The notes under the pieces: model-generated
Told to the model about the DNA's origin: nothing
The model's input: only the letters and a program-made list of their open reading frames with translations
The model's database searches: none
Made by a program: the position numbers and the translations under genes
Origin: Sphyrna mokarran
Taxonomy: Eukaryota
Reading direction: 5' to 3'
Length of the DNA stretch: 64,000 nt
NCBI GenBank assembly: GCA_024679065.1
Contig: JAGIQG010000011.1
Location: 39,556,001-39,620,000, forward strand
Shown here: positions 52,788 to 64,000 of the stretch, piece after piece
Layout: every line of letters starts with the position of its first letter
Numbering within the stretch: the first letter of the stretch is position 1

Positions 52788-54355
52788 GTGGAATTCTCCC
52801 ATGGCAAGTGCCCAGAGACACTTGCCCTCAAGCGATAATCAAGCGAAAAATGGGTTTCACGGTAAAGGGGGCACTTGAACACGTTGCGTGCCGGCATGGG
52901 TGAGGGGCCAGAGCCCAACATACATTGTCACACCCCGCGACACATTGTTCACTGCAGTGTCCTGGTCTCTGGCAAGGTTGGCCATGCCACAGGTACCTTT
53001 CATGGGCATCTACATTCAGACGATGACCAGGCCTTGGAGATGGCGGGCACGATGTGTTGCAGTTGGCCATGGCTGGTTTGGTGGCAGATGAGCATGGTGA
53101 ATCTGTTGGGAACCAAAAAGTTGGAAACCAGCCAGCATAAAATTCTCCCAAAGGTGGATTATGGCAATTCGCTGGTAGGTGGCAAAACACCATTTACATT
53201 CATTTACATCACATGATTGCTCATTAAAACTATTGTCCGCTGACATCCCATCAGGTCTCTCAATAAGAATTTACATCGGTCTAAAACCTGATTGCTAATC
53301 AGTGATGTGCGTAAGTCAGTCCTCAGCTTACAAAGAGTTTGGGGTGAGTGCAACCACAGTGCTGTACTGCTCCTCAAGCATTATACACCATTCTACCAGG
53401 ACAAACCTGTTCCTGTCTTCATCTCCAAGCTGAGGCTGGTTCTCATGGACAGCACTGTACTGCTGGACCCATTGACTCTCCTGTGTCATCATGTTGGATT
53501 AATACTCTGCCTGGGGTTGGGGAGTACAGGAATCTCCTTCTCCCTAGTGCCACCCAGTAGTGTCTATCAGGAAAGCACTATGTTGCTGGACACATGCAGC
53601 CACCACAACAAAGGTCCAAAGTACAAGTGGGTGTAGAGTGTGAGATGAGGTCGTGAGGTTGTGATGTAATGAGGACAAGCAGGGCAATGTGGAAGGAGGG
53701 TAGTACAATGGGGTGTGGGAATGGAGTGAGCTCATGATAACCTGTACCAAAAAGGTAGACGAGGAAGATGACCATTGGAAGGCAGAGGGAAGACCAAGGG
53801 AAGAGAAGACAGACCACAACAAGGCTGCGTGAAAAACTCAGAAGCAATGGCATGAAAGGGATACTACATTATTTACTGGACGGGAATGCACAAAGACTCC
53901 AGATGTGGTAAGGAAAGGTCCCAGTGCGACATGGATGCCTTGCAGGTGATGGACTCCGGAAATGTAGAGATGTGGGTGGGTGGGTGGACAGGCAGGCAGG
54001 CACGGATTGGTGATTGAATCAAGGAACACAATTCTTCTTGAGGCTGTTAGCCTTTTTCCTCCAGGTTGCTGACATCCTGCATGGTTTGGTGAAGACAGGT
54101 GGACTGGAGGGAGTGATATGAGTGAGCTTGACTGGGATTTAAATATGGCACCAGGACCTTTAAAACAGCCAGCTGAGGGCAGACAGATGAATCAGCTGCC
54201 AGCACACTAGGAGATTTGGAGGTGAACTCCCCTGTGCAAAATTAATGATATTCCAAGTACTGAATCTTGGGTTGGGATCCCATTATTGTGGCCGGTGACA
54301 GACGCTGCCAGAACCACCCATCACCTCACTGAGCTGCAAAATGGGAGGATTCCAC
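52788..54355. mobile_element. ~1.57-kb TIR element (possibly Harbinger-derived) nested in the LINE remnant
   Basis: TIRs gtggaattctccc / gggaggattccac; LINE homology resumes on both sides. Confidence 0.55.
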
Positions 54356-55077
54356 CAGAGTTACTGTCTGCTGTTGAATACATTCAGTCAATAGTGATGT
54401 TCCTGAGCCACTATTGATGATAGACACTGAAAGCTCCCTCCTAGAATTCAACCGTGTTCTTGCTACCCTTTATACTTCTTTGAAATGGTTTATGAAGGAG
54501 TACTACTCCATCAGCTGAGAGAAGATGGTTGGTGATAATCAGCAAGAAGTACCTTGGCTATGTTTGGCCTGATAACATGAAACTTTATAGGATGTGGAGT
54601 CAATGTTGAGGATTCCCAGTGTAGCTACCTCCTCATTGTACACCACCGCACCAACATGTCTGATGAGGCTGACCTGCTGAAGGGACTGTACATAGCTAGA
54701 GATGGTGATGCTGGATTCTGGAACATTGACTGAAAGATATAATTTGGTGAGTGTGATTATTATGTTGGTGTTGCTTGATTAATCAGTAGACAGCTCTCGC
54801 AATTTTGGCACAAATCCCCAGATGTTAGCAAGGAGAAATTTGCAGTGTCAGTTTGGCTGAATGTGTCTTTGTCATTACTCTTCCTTAGGTCAATGCCGAT
54901 GATCCATCATATCTTATTTTAAACGATTTCTCCTGCAATTTGTGTATATGAGAATAGACTGTACCATTTTGTGTTAAATTTCTCTGCCAAGTAGTGTTAT
55001 TTTAATTTGTTGTTTAGGTGTATTAATGATGAAAGCATTGAACCATAACCAACTTAATATTGTACTGTTTCTTAAAG

Positions 55078-55146
55078 TGCCGCAAATTCCCAAGAAGCCT
55101 ACTCCTGAACCATTGAAACCTAAGAAGGAGGGGGTTCCTGAAAAAG
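55078..55146 (+). CDS. ttn: PEVK exon, 69 nt, PEPLKP family 6: VPQIPKKPTPEPLKPKKEGVPEK
   Basis: cttaaag| ... aaag|gtacat. Confidence 0.88.
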
Positions 55147-55543
55147 GTACATTACTTTTTGTTGTTTTTCACACTAGAAAAACTTGTATGAAACAAAATC
55201 TTTGTTCCTATTAAAGGATTAATGTACAATTTGATATTTTAATTGTTGTTATTGCTGCTACACCTCACTTGGATAGTTGAGAATCTAACTTCAAGTCCCC
55301 AGAGAGGAAAATGTATGCCAGAGTTATCGTATCAGCTCATTGAAAAGATGATTGGTATTGAAGGACTTATGAAAATTATTCAGATTGGACAGCATTGAGA
55401 CTGACCCAGAGTCATTACTTACATCTTTACCAATTATAGTATCAGTATTATTTAATATTAATTGTGTTGTGTGTGTCAAATGTGAGTTTCTTTTTGTATA
55501 AATGTTCTTAGGTACTTATTTTAAAAATAATTGTTTTTAAAAG

Positions 55544-55627
55544 TGCCCAAGATTCCTAAGAAGCCAGTTGCTGAAGTGGAACGGGCAACTGCTCCAGAAA
55601 AAGTTGAGATGCCTGCACCAGAAGAAG
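55544..55627 (+). CDS. ttn: PEVK exon, 84 nt: VPKIPKKPVAEVERATAPEKVEMPAPEE
   Basis: tttaaaag| ... gaag|gtaaaa. Confidence 0.88.
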
Positions 55628-56761
55628 GTAAAACAAAGATTTAATAGAGTGAGGGAAAATGCATCTTTGGCAGGAGCGCATTATGGGTATTAATGGATTG
55701 GACATCCATTAATTCAGCACTCAATTTCATTTTGTGATCCTGCCAAAATTAAATTCTCTTCCATGTTTTATATAGGCATCTTTCCGAAGAAATATTTCTT
55801 TATTCTTCAAAGTTTCTTTATTTTTACTTTTGGATATTTCTGTCATTTTCTTTGAAATGATTTTCTTTTGTTGGAGAAATGTTCATTGGTGTGATGTCTT
55901 TCAATTGTCATTCCCTTTTCATTATTTTTCAAAGTCTTGTCATGTTTCTCTTAAAATATACAGTTTACATTGTAGATCTCAAAACGTGCAAGCAGAATTT
56001 ACATTGTAATTATCCAGTAAATGGAAAATATAATAAACAATGCCTAATGTTTATTACATGGAAAATAGGAATGAATGTAATAATTTTATCCTCAAGTTTC
56101 TTTTTATGACAGTTTTAAAGGTGGTTTGGCATTTTAAAGGTGGTTTGAGGGGAGAAATGTTTATGCAATGAAATGAAATATTGTCCATTTCAAATGCTCA
56201 TAATTAGCATCAAGCACGCAAATAGAATCCCACCAATAATGCCCCTTTGGGATCAAGCTTAAAAGAAAGCACTACTTTTTTTAACTTCTCTGAATTACTT
56301 TGATGGCTCAAAGTTAAATTGCCAATTTCATATCACTAAGCAGAGTTCTGTGCTGTGGGCTGGCGCTCACCAAGAAATGTGTTAATAAAACCCAATCTCT
56401 TCAGCTATAGAACCTGCATACGAACAGCAGTTTTTCATTAATTCAATGTAGGACTCAATTTGAATCTTGGCTATATCGTTCAACTTTGATTGTCAGATTT
56501 TCTAAATTATATTAAAATATAAAAAACACCTTCGGTAGTTTGAATATTTTTCCAAGTAAAATGCCTTATAAGTTTAAGAAATTATAGCATTCCCTTCAAC
56601 CTTCCAATTGTATATGAAAAAAACAGCTGTAGTGTAAATGTTAGTAAACAACATAATTTTATGTTTATTCCTTTATTCTGTTTTCTGTGTTTTGTGTCGC
56701 TGTACTTATGTTATCTCTATCTTACCGAATACTTAATTTGTCTTAAAAACAATATTTGAAG

Positions 56762-56845
56762 TGGTTCAAGTTGACAAGAAAGAAAAACGTGTACCCATCA
56801 CTGTTTCAAGAAAAGTCCTACCCACTTCAGAAAAAGATAGCAAAG
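56762..56845 (+). CDS. ttn: PEVK exon, 84 nt: VVQVDKKEKRVPITVSRKVLPTSEKDSK
   Basis: atttgaag| ... aaag|gtacaa. Confidence 0.78.
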
Positions 56846-57044
56846 GTACAAACCAGCTTATGAGTGATGGTATTTGAAAAAGTGTGCAAGTGTGAGCATT
56901 CTTTTTTTTTAACTGAATATTACCAGTGCTTAGCTGGTTCATCAGAATTTTTCTTGTGTCACAGTGGTGTCCTTTGTTTCAATGTCAGTAATGTAATCCA
57001 GTTATGTCTCAATGTGTCATCTTGAAATGTTTGTTCTGTTTTAG

Positions 57045-57690
57045 AGTCATAGAGGCATTGTAACAGCAAAGGGGGCCATTGTGTCCATGCTGGCTTGTTG
57101 TAGAGCAATCCAGTCAGTCTTATCTTCCACTTTATCTGTGTAATCCTGTGAGCTTATTTCCCCCTATCCAATTATCATTTGAAATCATTCATCATCTCCA
57201 CGACTGCCACCCTTATAGGTACTGAACTTCATGTCATTACCACTTGCTGCATAAACATGTTCTTCCTCATATCCCCGTCATTGTCTCTTACACCAAATCT
57301 TAAATCTGTCTTCCTTAGTCCTTGTACCATCAAGTAATAGGGTCAGCTTTTCTTTATCTACTTTACTTAAACCAGTCATAATCCTATTCACCACAATCAG
57401 GTCTTCCCTCAAGCTTATTGCTCCTAGAACAACCCCAACTTCTCCAATCTAACCTTTTTAACTACGACCTTTCTGGTAATCATCTCTATACCTTTTCAAG
57501 GGTCCTTCACAACCATCTTAAAGAGTGGTGACCAGAATTTAACACAATTCTCTAGTCATGACCAAACCACATAATTCATCATATTTCCTTGCTTTTGTAT
57601 TCAGTATCTCTATTTATGAAGTCCCTAATCCTAAATGCTGCACTAACTACTCTGTCAATATGTTCTACTACCTACACAGATCTATACACA
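57045..57690 (-). mobile_element. Old CR1 3' fragment
   Basis: Begins gagtcataga (reverse complement of a CR1-type tail) and continues as degraded ORF2 end. Confidence 0.6.
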
Positions 57691-58462
57691 TGAACTATTA
57701 TTTATAGAGCCTTTTCACACTTATCACAACCTAAATAGTAGCTGCTATGGGAAATAATTATAATTAATTACAATTAATGTATCTAGTTGCTTTGAAGAAT
57801 CCTTTTGACAACATACCTGTGAATATATGTCTAAAGTCTCAGACAAATACCACAGCATCCAGCACCTTGCATATTCTGATTGGACTTAAGTACAGCCGAG
57901 AGATAGCATGGCTGTTTGCACATATACTGCATTGTTCTGCTCAGCAGCATGAAACTTAAGTACATTCCAAATAGCAGTTTGTGCTGTTTAAAGTCATCCA
58001 ACATGTCAATAGTGTCAACTAATACCTTGTGAATTTTCTGACTATCCCCTTGGTAAAAACTGAATGAGGGGGGTCAGTTAAAATATGGAAACCAACTTAT
58101 TCCTAGGGTGCCACAGCATTAATCAGGAATGCATTTTAACCTAAGATTTGTCAACCAGATATCATTGGCCTCTGGCTTTAACTTGCAGACCTTGCTCTGA
58201 CATGCAGTTACTTCTCTGGGCCTCACAAGAAAATCCTACATCTTGCCCCAAACTTTGCTGTAGTCAGTATACTTGCCCCATTACCCAACTATTTCCTGAT
58301 CAACCTTCCCCAGTACTGTGGACTATCCTCACTGGTGGCCTCCTGTCACACAAACTGCCATGTATGCCAGCCAACTAGCTAGCTGGATTAGCCTGGAGGC
58401 TGGCAGATTACATATAAACAAGACCTAGAAGTGAAATTTATTGACTGATGACATTCTGTTCA

Positions 58463-58632
58463 CTCCAAACATGTGTAAGTTAGGTTGATTGGCCATGCTA
58501 AATTGACCCTTAGTGTCAAGAGGATTGGCAGAACAAATGCGAGGAATTGCATGGATAGGGCATAATTTTGTTGGTGCAGGGTCGATGAGCTGAATGGCCT
58601 CCTTCTGCATTGTATGGATTCTATGATTCTAT
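58463..58632 (+). mobile_element. 3' half of an HE1-like V-SINE
   Basis: gattggccatgctaaattg...aatggcctccttctgca...ttctatgattctat. Confidence 0.75.
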
Positions 58633-58745
58633 ATTCACTAGCATCATGTCAAACAAGAATTGGCTTTAATTGCCAATACTGTTTACCTTTAATATTCTGT
58701 ACTAGTAACTTATTTACCATCTAAAGCTATCTATTATTATTAAAG

Positions 58746-58829
58746 TCCCTGAGGTTATGAAAAGTCATATACGTGAAGAAATTACAGAAGTTCATATTGA
58801 AGCAAGAGAAAAAATTTCTTCTCCTAAAG
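58746..58829 (+). CDS. ttn: PEVK exon, 84 nt: VPEVMKSHIREEITEVHIEAREKISSPK
   Basis: attaaag| ... aaag|gtatat. Confidence 0.83.
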
Positions 58830-59734
58830 GTATATCAAAATCTTTATGTCTGTGGATTGTTGTCCTCTTAATTCTTTTTGTGTTCCAGTGCCATGCTGGT
58901 TCTTCTACCTAAATATCTTTGATCCCTGTAGTTTTGTATTTTATGTCTTTGTCTGCCTGTTGTTATGTTATTGTACAGTTGTGTTTTGGAGAATATTTTG
59001 ATGTATTGTAAGTGTCTGTAATATTCACTAAATTAACTTGAATGTATAATTTTGAGTCATAACAAGCATCTGCAAGACATCTTTAAAGTTCTGAAATGTC
59101 CCAAGCCACATTTCAAATAGGAATCAGGAAAATAACCGGAAAAGAAGAAGTGGAAGGAAACAAACGAAAAGTTGGTTAAACTGTTGGGATTCTCAGACAG
59201 TTTTGATGGGAAGAGAATGTAAGAGGAGGGAATTCCAGACAATAGGATTTGGGTAGCTGAACATTCAGGAACAGGCCGGGTCAGGGGAGCAATGGATGTA
59301 AAAAAAAATTCTATAGTTAGAGGAATTGGGCACTAAGGTGGGAAGAATAGAGAGCTGAAAGGGATTAGAGAGATGGGATTGAGATCATGATGAGCTTTGG
59401 AGACAAACATATGGGAGTTGTATCTCCTCAGCATATTTCTTCATCAGCTGCCATTACTGTGACAGGCATTCAGTTGAAACTTCAAGACATACAGAGCAGG
59501 AGAAATTCTAAAGACATTTTCCCAATTAGATTTTAAATTAAACACTTTGCAATTGGAAAAGAATTTAAAAGGGGGACAGACATACTGGATAAGTGAGAAT
59601 TTGTATGAATAGGATATTTGCAGTGTAGTTTTGTACAATTAGCAGCAGTAGAGGATGGAGAAAGGAAAGTCTGTAAGGAGAACTTTGGAGTAGTTGAGTC
59701 TACAATTCACATAAATACGCATAAGGGTTTGTTT

Positions 59735-59990
59735 ACACAGCAAGAAGTCTCACAACACTAGGTTAAAGTCCAACAGGTTTATTTGGTAGCACAAGCCACT
59801 AGCTCCTTCATCAGCTAAGTGGGAGTTCTGTTCACAAACAGGACATATAAAGATACAAACACAATTTACAAAATAATGTTTCATGGAAAGCTTGTGGCCT
59901 GTGCTACCAATAAACCTGTTGGACTTTAACCTGGCATTGTGAGACTTCTTACTGTGTTCGCCTCAGTCCAACGCTGGCATCTCCACATTT
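59735..59990. mobile_element. Penelope-like remnant with inverted repeat
   Basis: ~60-bp inverted arms 59742-59799 / 59894-59950; a related fragment lies at ~43963-44052. Confidence 0.6.
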
Positions 59991-62379
59991 GTTCCCCATT
60001 GAGTTGGCTCTTCTACTTCAATGTTGTGAAGATGGAATTAAGTAGAATTTGTGATTGGAGAAGATGCATATTTGAAATTCAACCGAAAGTAAAATCAGCC
60101 TGAATCTACATTAAATATATTTTTTTAACAAGAGGCAGCCACTTCATTTCAATTTTATTTTTGGACACTTGGTTGTTCGAGAAAATACTTGAAAATCTCA
60201 GCAGGTCTGACAGCATCTGTGAAAAGAGATGTAGAAGTAATAATAATTATGGATTCTAAACATTAACTCTGGGCTGAATTTTCTGACCCTCTAACAGCAG
60301 GCGAGGGAAACAGTGCATTGGCAGTTTCCCACCAGCGTAAAATGATGGCGGGATCTTCTGCATGCCATGGTGGGTTAAAATTTCCACCAGAGATTGGCGT
60401 AAAACTGATTTGCATTACATTATTGGAATCCAGATGAAGCCACAATTGGAATTGCTCTCTCTACCTGATCTGTAGTGCTACCAGTGGGAAATCTCGCCAA
60501 TATTCAGAAAACATCTGGACCAACATGGTGTACATGTCAGCATTTACCTGAAAGTAGTCTGGGACAGCTTGCTATGACCTGAAGAGTAGACAAAGACCTC
60601 CAGCAACCACTTCCCAGAACACCAGGTGCAGCAGTGGGAAGGGTGGGGAATATCAACCATGTGAATCTTCTCCTTGTAGCAGCTTCTAAGGGGTGGTTGT
60701 TCTCGGTGAACCAACTCCTTCCAGGATTTGGATTGACAAGCTGTAGGTGAAAGGCTGTAGGAGGTATTGGTCTGTGCTAGGAATGGGAGACATTATACAG
60801 GGAGAAAAGGAGTGAAGTGGTAGAGTGGGTGGGGAGAGGGTGGCGGGTAGTCGGGGAAAAGGAGAGATTCTACAATGGTACTGGAATGGGTGAGCTGGTA
60901 TAGAACAGGAGAATGGGAAAGGTCCTGCCAACTGCAGGTGGAGGAGCATGTTGTACATGTATGAAAGGTCAGGGAGGTGGTGTAGAGGTGTGCATGGACT
61001 TGGGAGAGAACAAAAAGAGGGTTTTAAAGGGAGAGGTCAATAGAGTCAATGGAGGATTCCTGGAGGGCACATGAGGGTATTAATGATAAAATGAAATGAT
61101 GACATTTAAAGGGGCACTAGAAGCCAATAGGATAAGGATGCAGTGAAGTTGAGTGAAAAAGTGCTGAGGATTATTGGGAGAATGGGGAAAGTCTTGCAGA
61201 TTTTGGGGTCGGCAAGATAAGGGAGGCATGTCACCCATAACAGAAGGGATTTTCAAGAAGGTAGAGAACTTCTGCATTGACCCATACAGACTGGAAGTCA
61301 ATGGGGGAGGGATGACCATGGGATGATCAAAGTGAATCCTGGAAAGTCAGTTGCAATGGGAGGAAAGATATGGGTGATGAGGGAAGGGGAAAAGGTATTA
61401 GATTCAACTTTGAAGCTGTTGACAATCATGGCTGCAAACTATTATGCAGAGCCTCGTGGTGGAGATCTCATGATACTGCATGAGGTTGTCAGGTCAGGGG
61501 AGAGCGGAGCTACAGGTCAGCTTAAGTGGACAACTGAAGGTGAACCACAGCACATAGTGCTTACAATGCTAGGGCCTCAAGGCAGATAAGAGTGTGAAGG
61601 GTAAAAGCTCAGTATGAATGGGAGATTCTTGCATATGACTCACAGGATCCTGCCAAAGATTTTTTTGTCTCCCTGCTTGATTCTGGAAAATGTTGGGTAT
61701 TTCACTCACGAGTTTAAGGATTATCACTCACAAACCATATCAGCCATGATTAAAATGCAAGTGAATTAAAATTTTAAAAGTACACTGAGTGAAACATCAC
61801 AGTCACCTGTGCAACACTTGTGAACTCTGAATTTCTTAATTATTCTTTCTCCGATACTTCTATTTATTCCCCCTGATGCAGCCTCCTGATCAGCTGGCCC
61901 TGTTGCCTTGAATGGCTTTGTCACTTTTTGGCCTTGCCCTCTTTCTGACCTTTCACCTGTAAGTGAAAGAGGTGAAAATGGGTGACTGCATGAGCTACCT
62001 CCAACCTGGAAGCACTTTTGACCCTGAGCTTTTTATAACTCACATTGATCATTACCCAATGGAGGCCATAAGCCAATCTTTCCATCTCAAATTGATCTTG
62101 CGTGTCCAGCCCTGCCAGTTGGGTTGTCTACTCCTTGAAGTTGGTCAATTAATTTCTGGCTGACCCAGATGGAAAAGTTCCACTCTGTTTCTCTCTCCAC
62201 ATGTGTTGCCAGATCTGCTGAGTTTTTCCTGTATTTTGTTTTATTTCAGATTTCTAACACCCACTGTATTTTGCTTTTATTTTATATTAATTACTGGCCT
62301 ACATAATTTGCCTGTAGCTATTAAAAATCTGTGTGTAGCAGTAAGAAAATAATTATTAATTAGTTAGGAACAGTGCCTG

Positions 62380-62965
62380 AAGCCATAAAAATATAAACAA
62401 TTCCTTTTCTGAAGGAATTGAATTGAAAAACAGATTATGTTGAACTTGCATTGAACTTTGCTCAAATACCCATGGAGTACTGTGCACAGTTCTAGTCTCC
62501 AAATTGCTAAAGAATGCAAAATGAAAATAAAATACCAAGCCTGGTACCAGAACTGAGAGGTCATATATATCAAGAAAAACTGAACAGGTCAGACTCTTTT
62601 CCCCAGAAAACAGGAAGTCGAGTGATGACCTGATGGAGGATTTTATAATTACGAAGGGAATTTGATGGGGTAAATAAAGTGCAACATTTTTCGCTTATGG
62701 GAGAGTCAGAAACCAAAGGATACAAATAAGACATAGTCATTAATAAATCCAATGGGGAATTTAGGAGAAATGTCTTTATTCAGAGAATGATTAGAATGTG
62801 GAATTTGCCACTACATGGCGTAGATCAATAGCATAAGATATTGAAAAGGACAGCAAGTTAAGTATCTGAAAAAGAAAGATACAGAAATTTATGCAGGTGG
62901 AATTAAATGAAATAGAGTGGGAAGTGGCTGAGACATAAATAGCAGCTAAATGGCTTGTTTCACTA
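62380..62965 (+). mobile_element. Old CR1 3' fragment
   Basis: ggagtactgtgcacagttctagtctcc...aaatggcttgttt, homologous to the CR1 ORF2 end and 3' UTR. Confidence 0.7.
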
Positions 62966-63085
62966 TTGTTGTTTTGTTACATGAAAATTGCTTTTATCAT
63001 TATCAAAAATTGTAGGTTCTTGTTTTGCTCTTCAAGAAATAAATCTTTAATGTGGCTTACAACAGTTTTAATAATGTCTTTAAAG

Positions 63086-63169
63086 TGCCTGAGATTGCCA
63101 AGAAACTTATGCCTGAAAAAGCTACTCCAATCATACTTACAGAAAGCAAGGAAATAGCTTCAGTAAAAG
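63086..63169 (+). CDS. ttn: PEVK exon, 84 nt: VPEIAKKLMPEKATPIILTESKEIASVK
   Basis: ctttaaag| ... aaag|gtacag. Confidence 0.86.
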
Positions 63170-63494
63170 GTACAGAAGTGAGAGTACTTTCATCTATATG
63201 GTTTTTTCACGTATGTTACTAATGGTAACTTTAATGTTCCATGGGCTTTGTCCAATAACAAATAATATCGTCTCTATTTTTTGTTTTTTCATTGTTTTAT
63301 ATGATTGTTCTGGTGATACCTTGTGTGGTTTTATCTTTACATTCTGATTTTTGTACCAGTCTTTGTAGTAGTGTTTTTGTATTTTATGTTGTGATATTTG
63401 TGTCATCTTATTCATCTTATTCTACACTCTTTTTAAACTTATAAGTTTTTGACCTTTATCTAAAATTCTAAAACTTTTTCTTCAACCTCTGAAG

Positions 63495-63956
63495 CTTTCA
63501 AGAAGATTTTACCTGAAGAGACTATTGAAGTTGACAAGACTGTTCCATATGAGAAAATTATTGAGCATGATGAGATGATCTTACCTGAAGAAACAATTCA
63601 AACTGATGAGACAATTTTACTTGAGGAAATTGAGCATGATGAGACATTCTATGAGGAAAGTGCTGAGTACGATGAGATGATATCTGAAGAAATTGTGCAG
63701 GATGCTGATAGAATTTTACCTGAGGAAATTGTTGAGGCAGATGAAGAAATTTTAGATAAAGAAATAGTTGAACCTGATGAGGTGACTTCATATGAACAAA
63801 GTGTTGAGTTCTATGATATGGGTTTACCTGAGGACACTGCTCAGCTTGAGAAGATTATTTTACCCAAGAAAATTATTGAGGCTGGTAAGAAGACTTTACA
63901 TGAAGAAATTGTTGAAGCAACACTTCCAGAAAAAGAGAAATTTATTTCAGAGAAAG
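63495..63956 (+). CDS. ttn: E/D-rich PEVK exon, 462 nt (AFKKILPEETIEVDK...ATLPEKEKFISEK)
   Basis: ctctgaag|ct ... aaag|gtatag; 154 codons with no stop; absent from the supplied ORF track. Confidence 0.88.
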
Positions 63957-64000
63957 GTATAGAACTACTTATTAGAGGATTATATTTTAAATCAGCTGCA

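Larger units (their letters stand above)
387..63956 (+). other. ttn: Titin gene fragment, PEVK region (39 symmetric phase-1 exons; gene extends beyond both window ends)
   Basis: Dozens of AAG|...G|GTA-bounded segments, all 3n long, encoding VPEVPKKP..EE.KP....RKE...P.K(G)-type PPAK repeats plus an E-rich exon; this is the exon architecture known for titin PEVK. Confidence 0.93.

Noticed and set aside
59080-59160. catctttaaag|ttctg acceptor-like site as an additional exon
   Set aside because: In-frame TAG after about 10 codons, a non-PEVK peptide, and no matching G|GTA donor at a plausible distance.
60182-62280. Short mutually inverted repeat fragments at ~60182-60230 and ~62183-62240 as ends of one 2-kb element
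   Set aside because: Both resemble a common dispersed repeat and are too degraded, with no TSD, to show that they belong to one insertion.
63558-63791. Minus-strand 77-aa ORF
   Set aside because: Antisense shadow of the repetitive E-rich titin exon.

Overview
This is vertebrate nuclear DNA, not microbial: the inside of a single + strand gene, the PEVK (elastic I-band) region of titin. V-SINE/HE1-like SINEs, CR1 LINEs and Penelope-like remnants suggest a cartilaginous fish (inference). I traced 39 exon-like segments totalling about 3.86 kb (about 1,290 codons). All are multiples of 3 nt with phase-1 introns; most are 63-108 nt and encode ~28-aa PPAK-type repeats, and two are long (465 and 462 nt). 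Almost all ORFs in the supplied track are intronic noise or exons read through into introns. Notable structures: (1) a young 8-copy, ~1.8-2.7 kb tandem array, each copy carrying one 75-nt exon, with a nested 120-bp repeat next to the acceptor and a young CR1 insertion in the last copy; (2) an older 6-copy exon family duplicated together with a LINE remnant; (3) an exon expanded by a 22 x 18-bp coding minisatellite; (4) two exons with a mutated acceptor AG but an in-frame CAG 6 nt downstream; (5) uniformly non-optimal AAG/GTA splice sites; (6) an E/D-rich exon with ~12-aa periodicity. I found no evidence for a wholly new biological system. The interest lies in several stages of exon birth and decay in a molecular spring. 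Repeat family names come from recalled motifs, not database searches.
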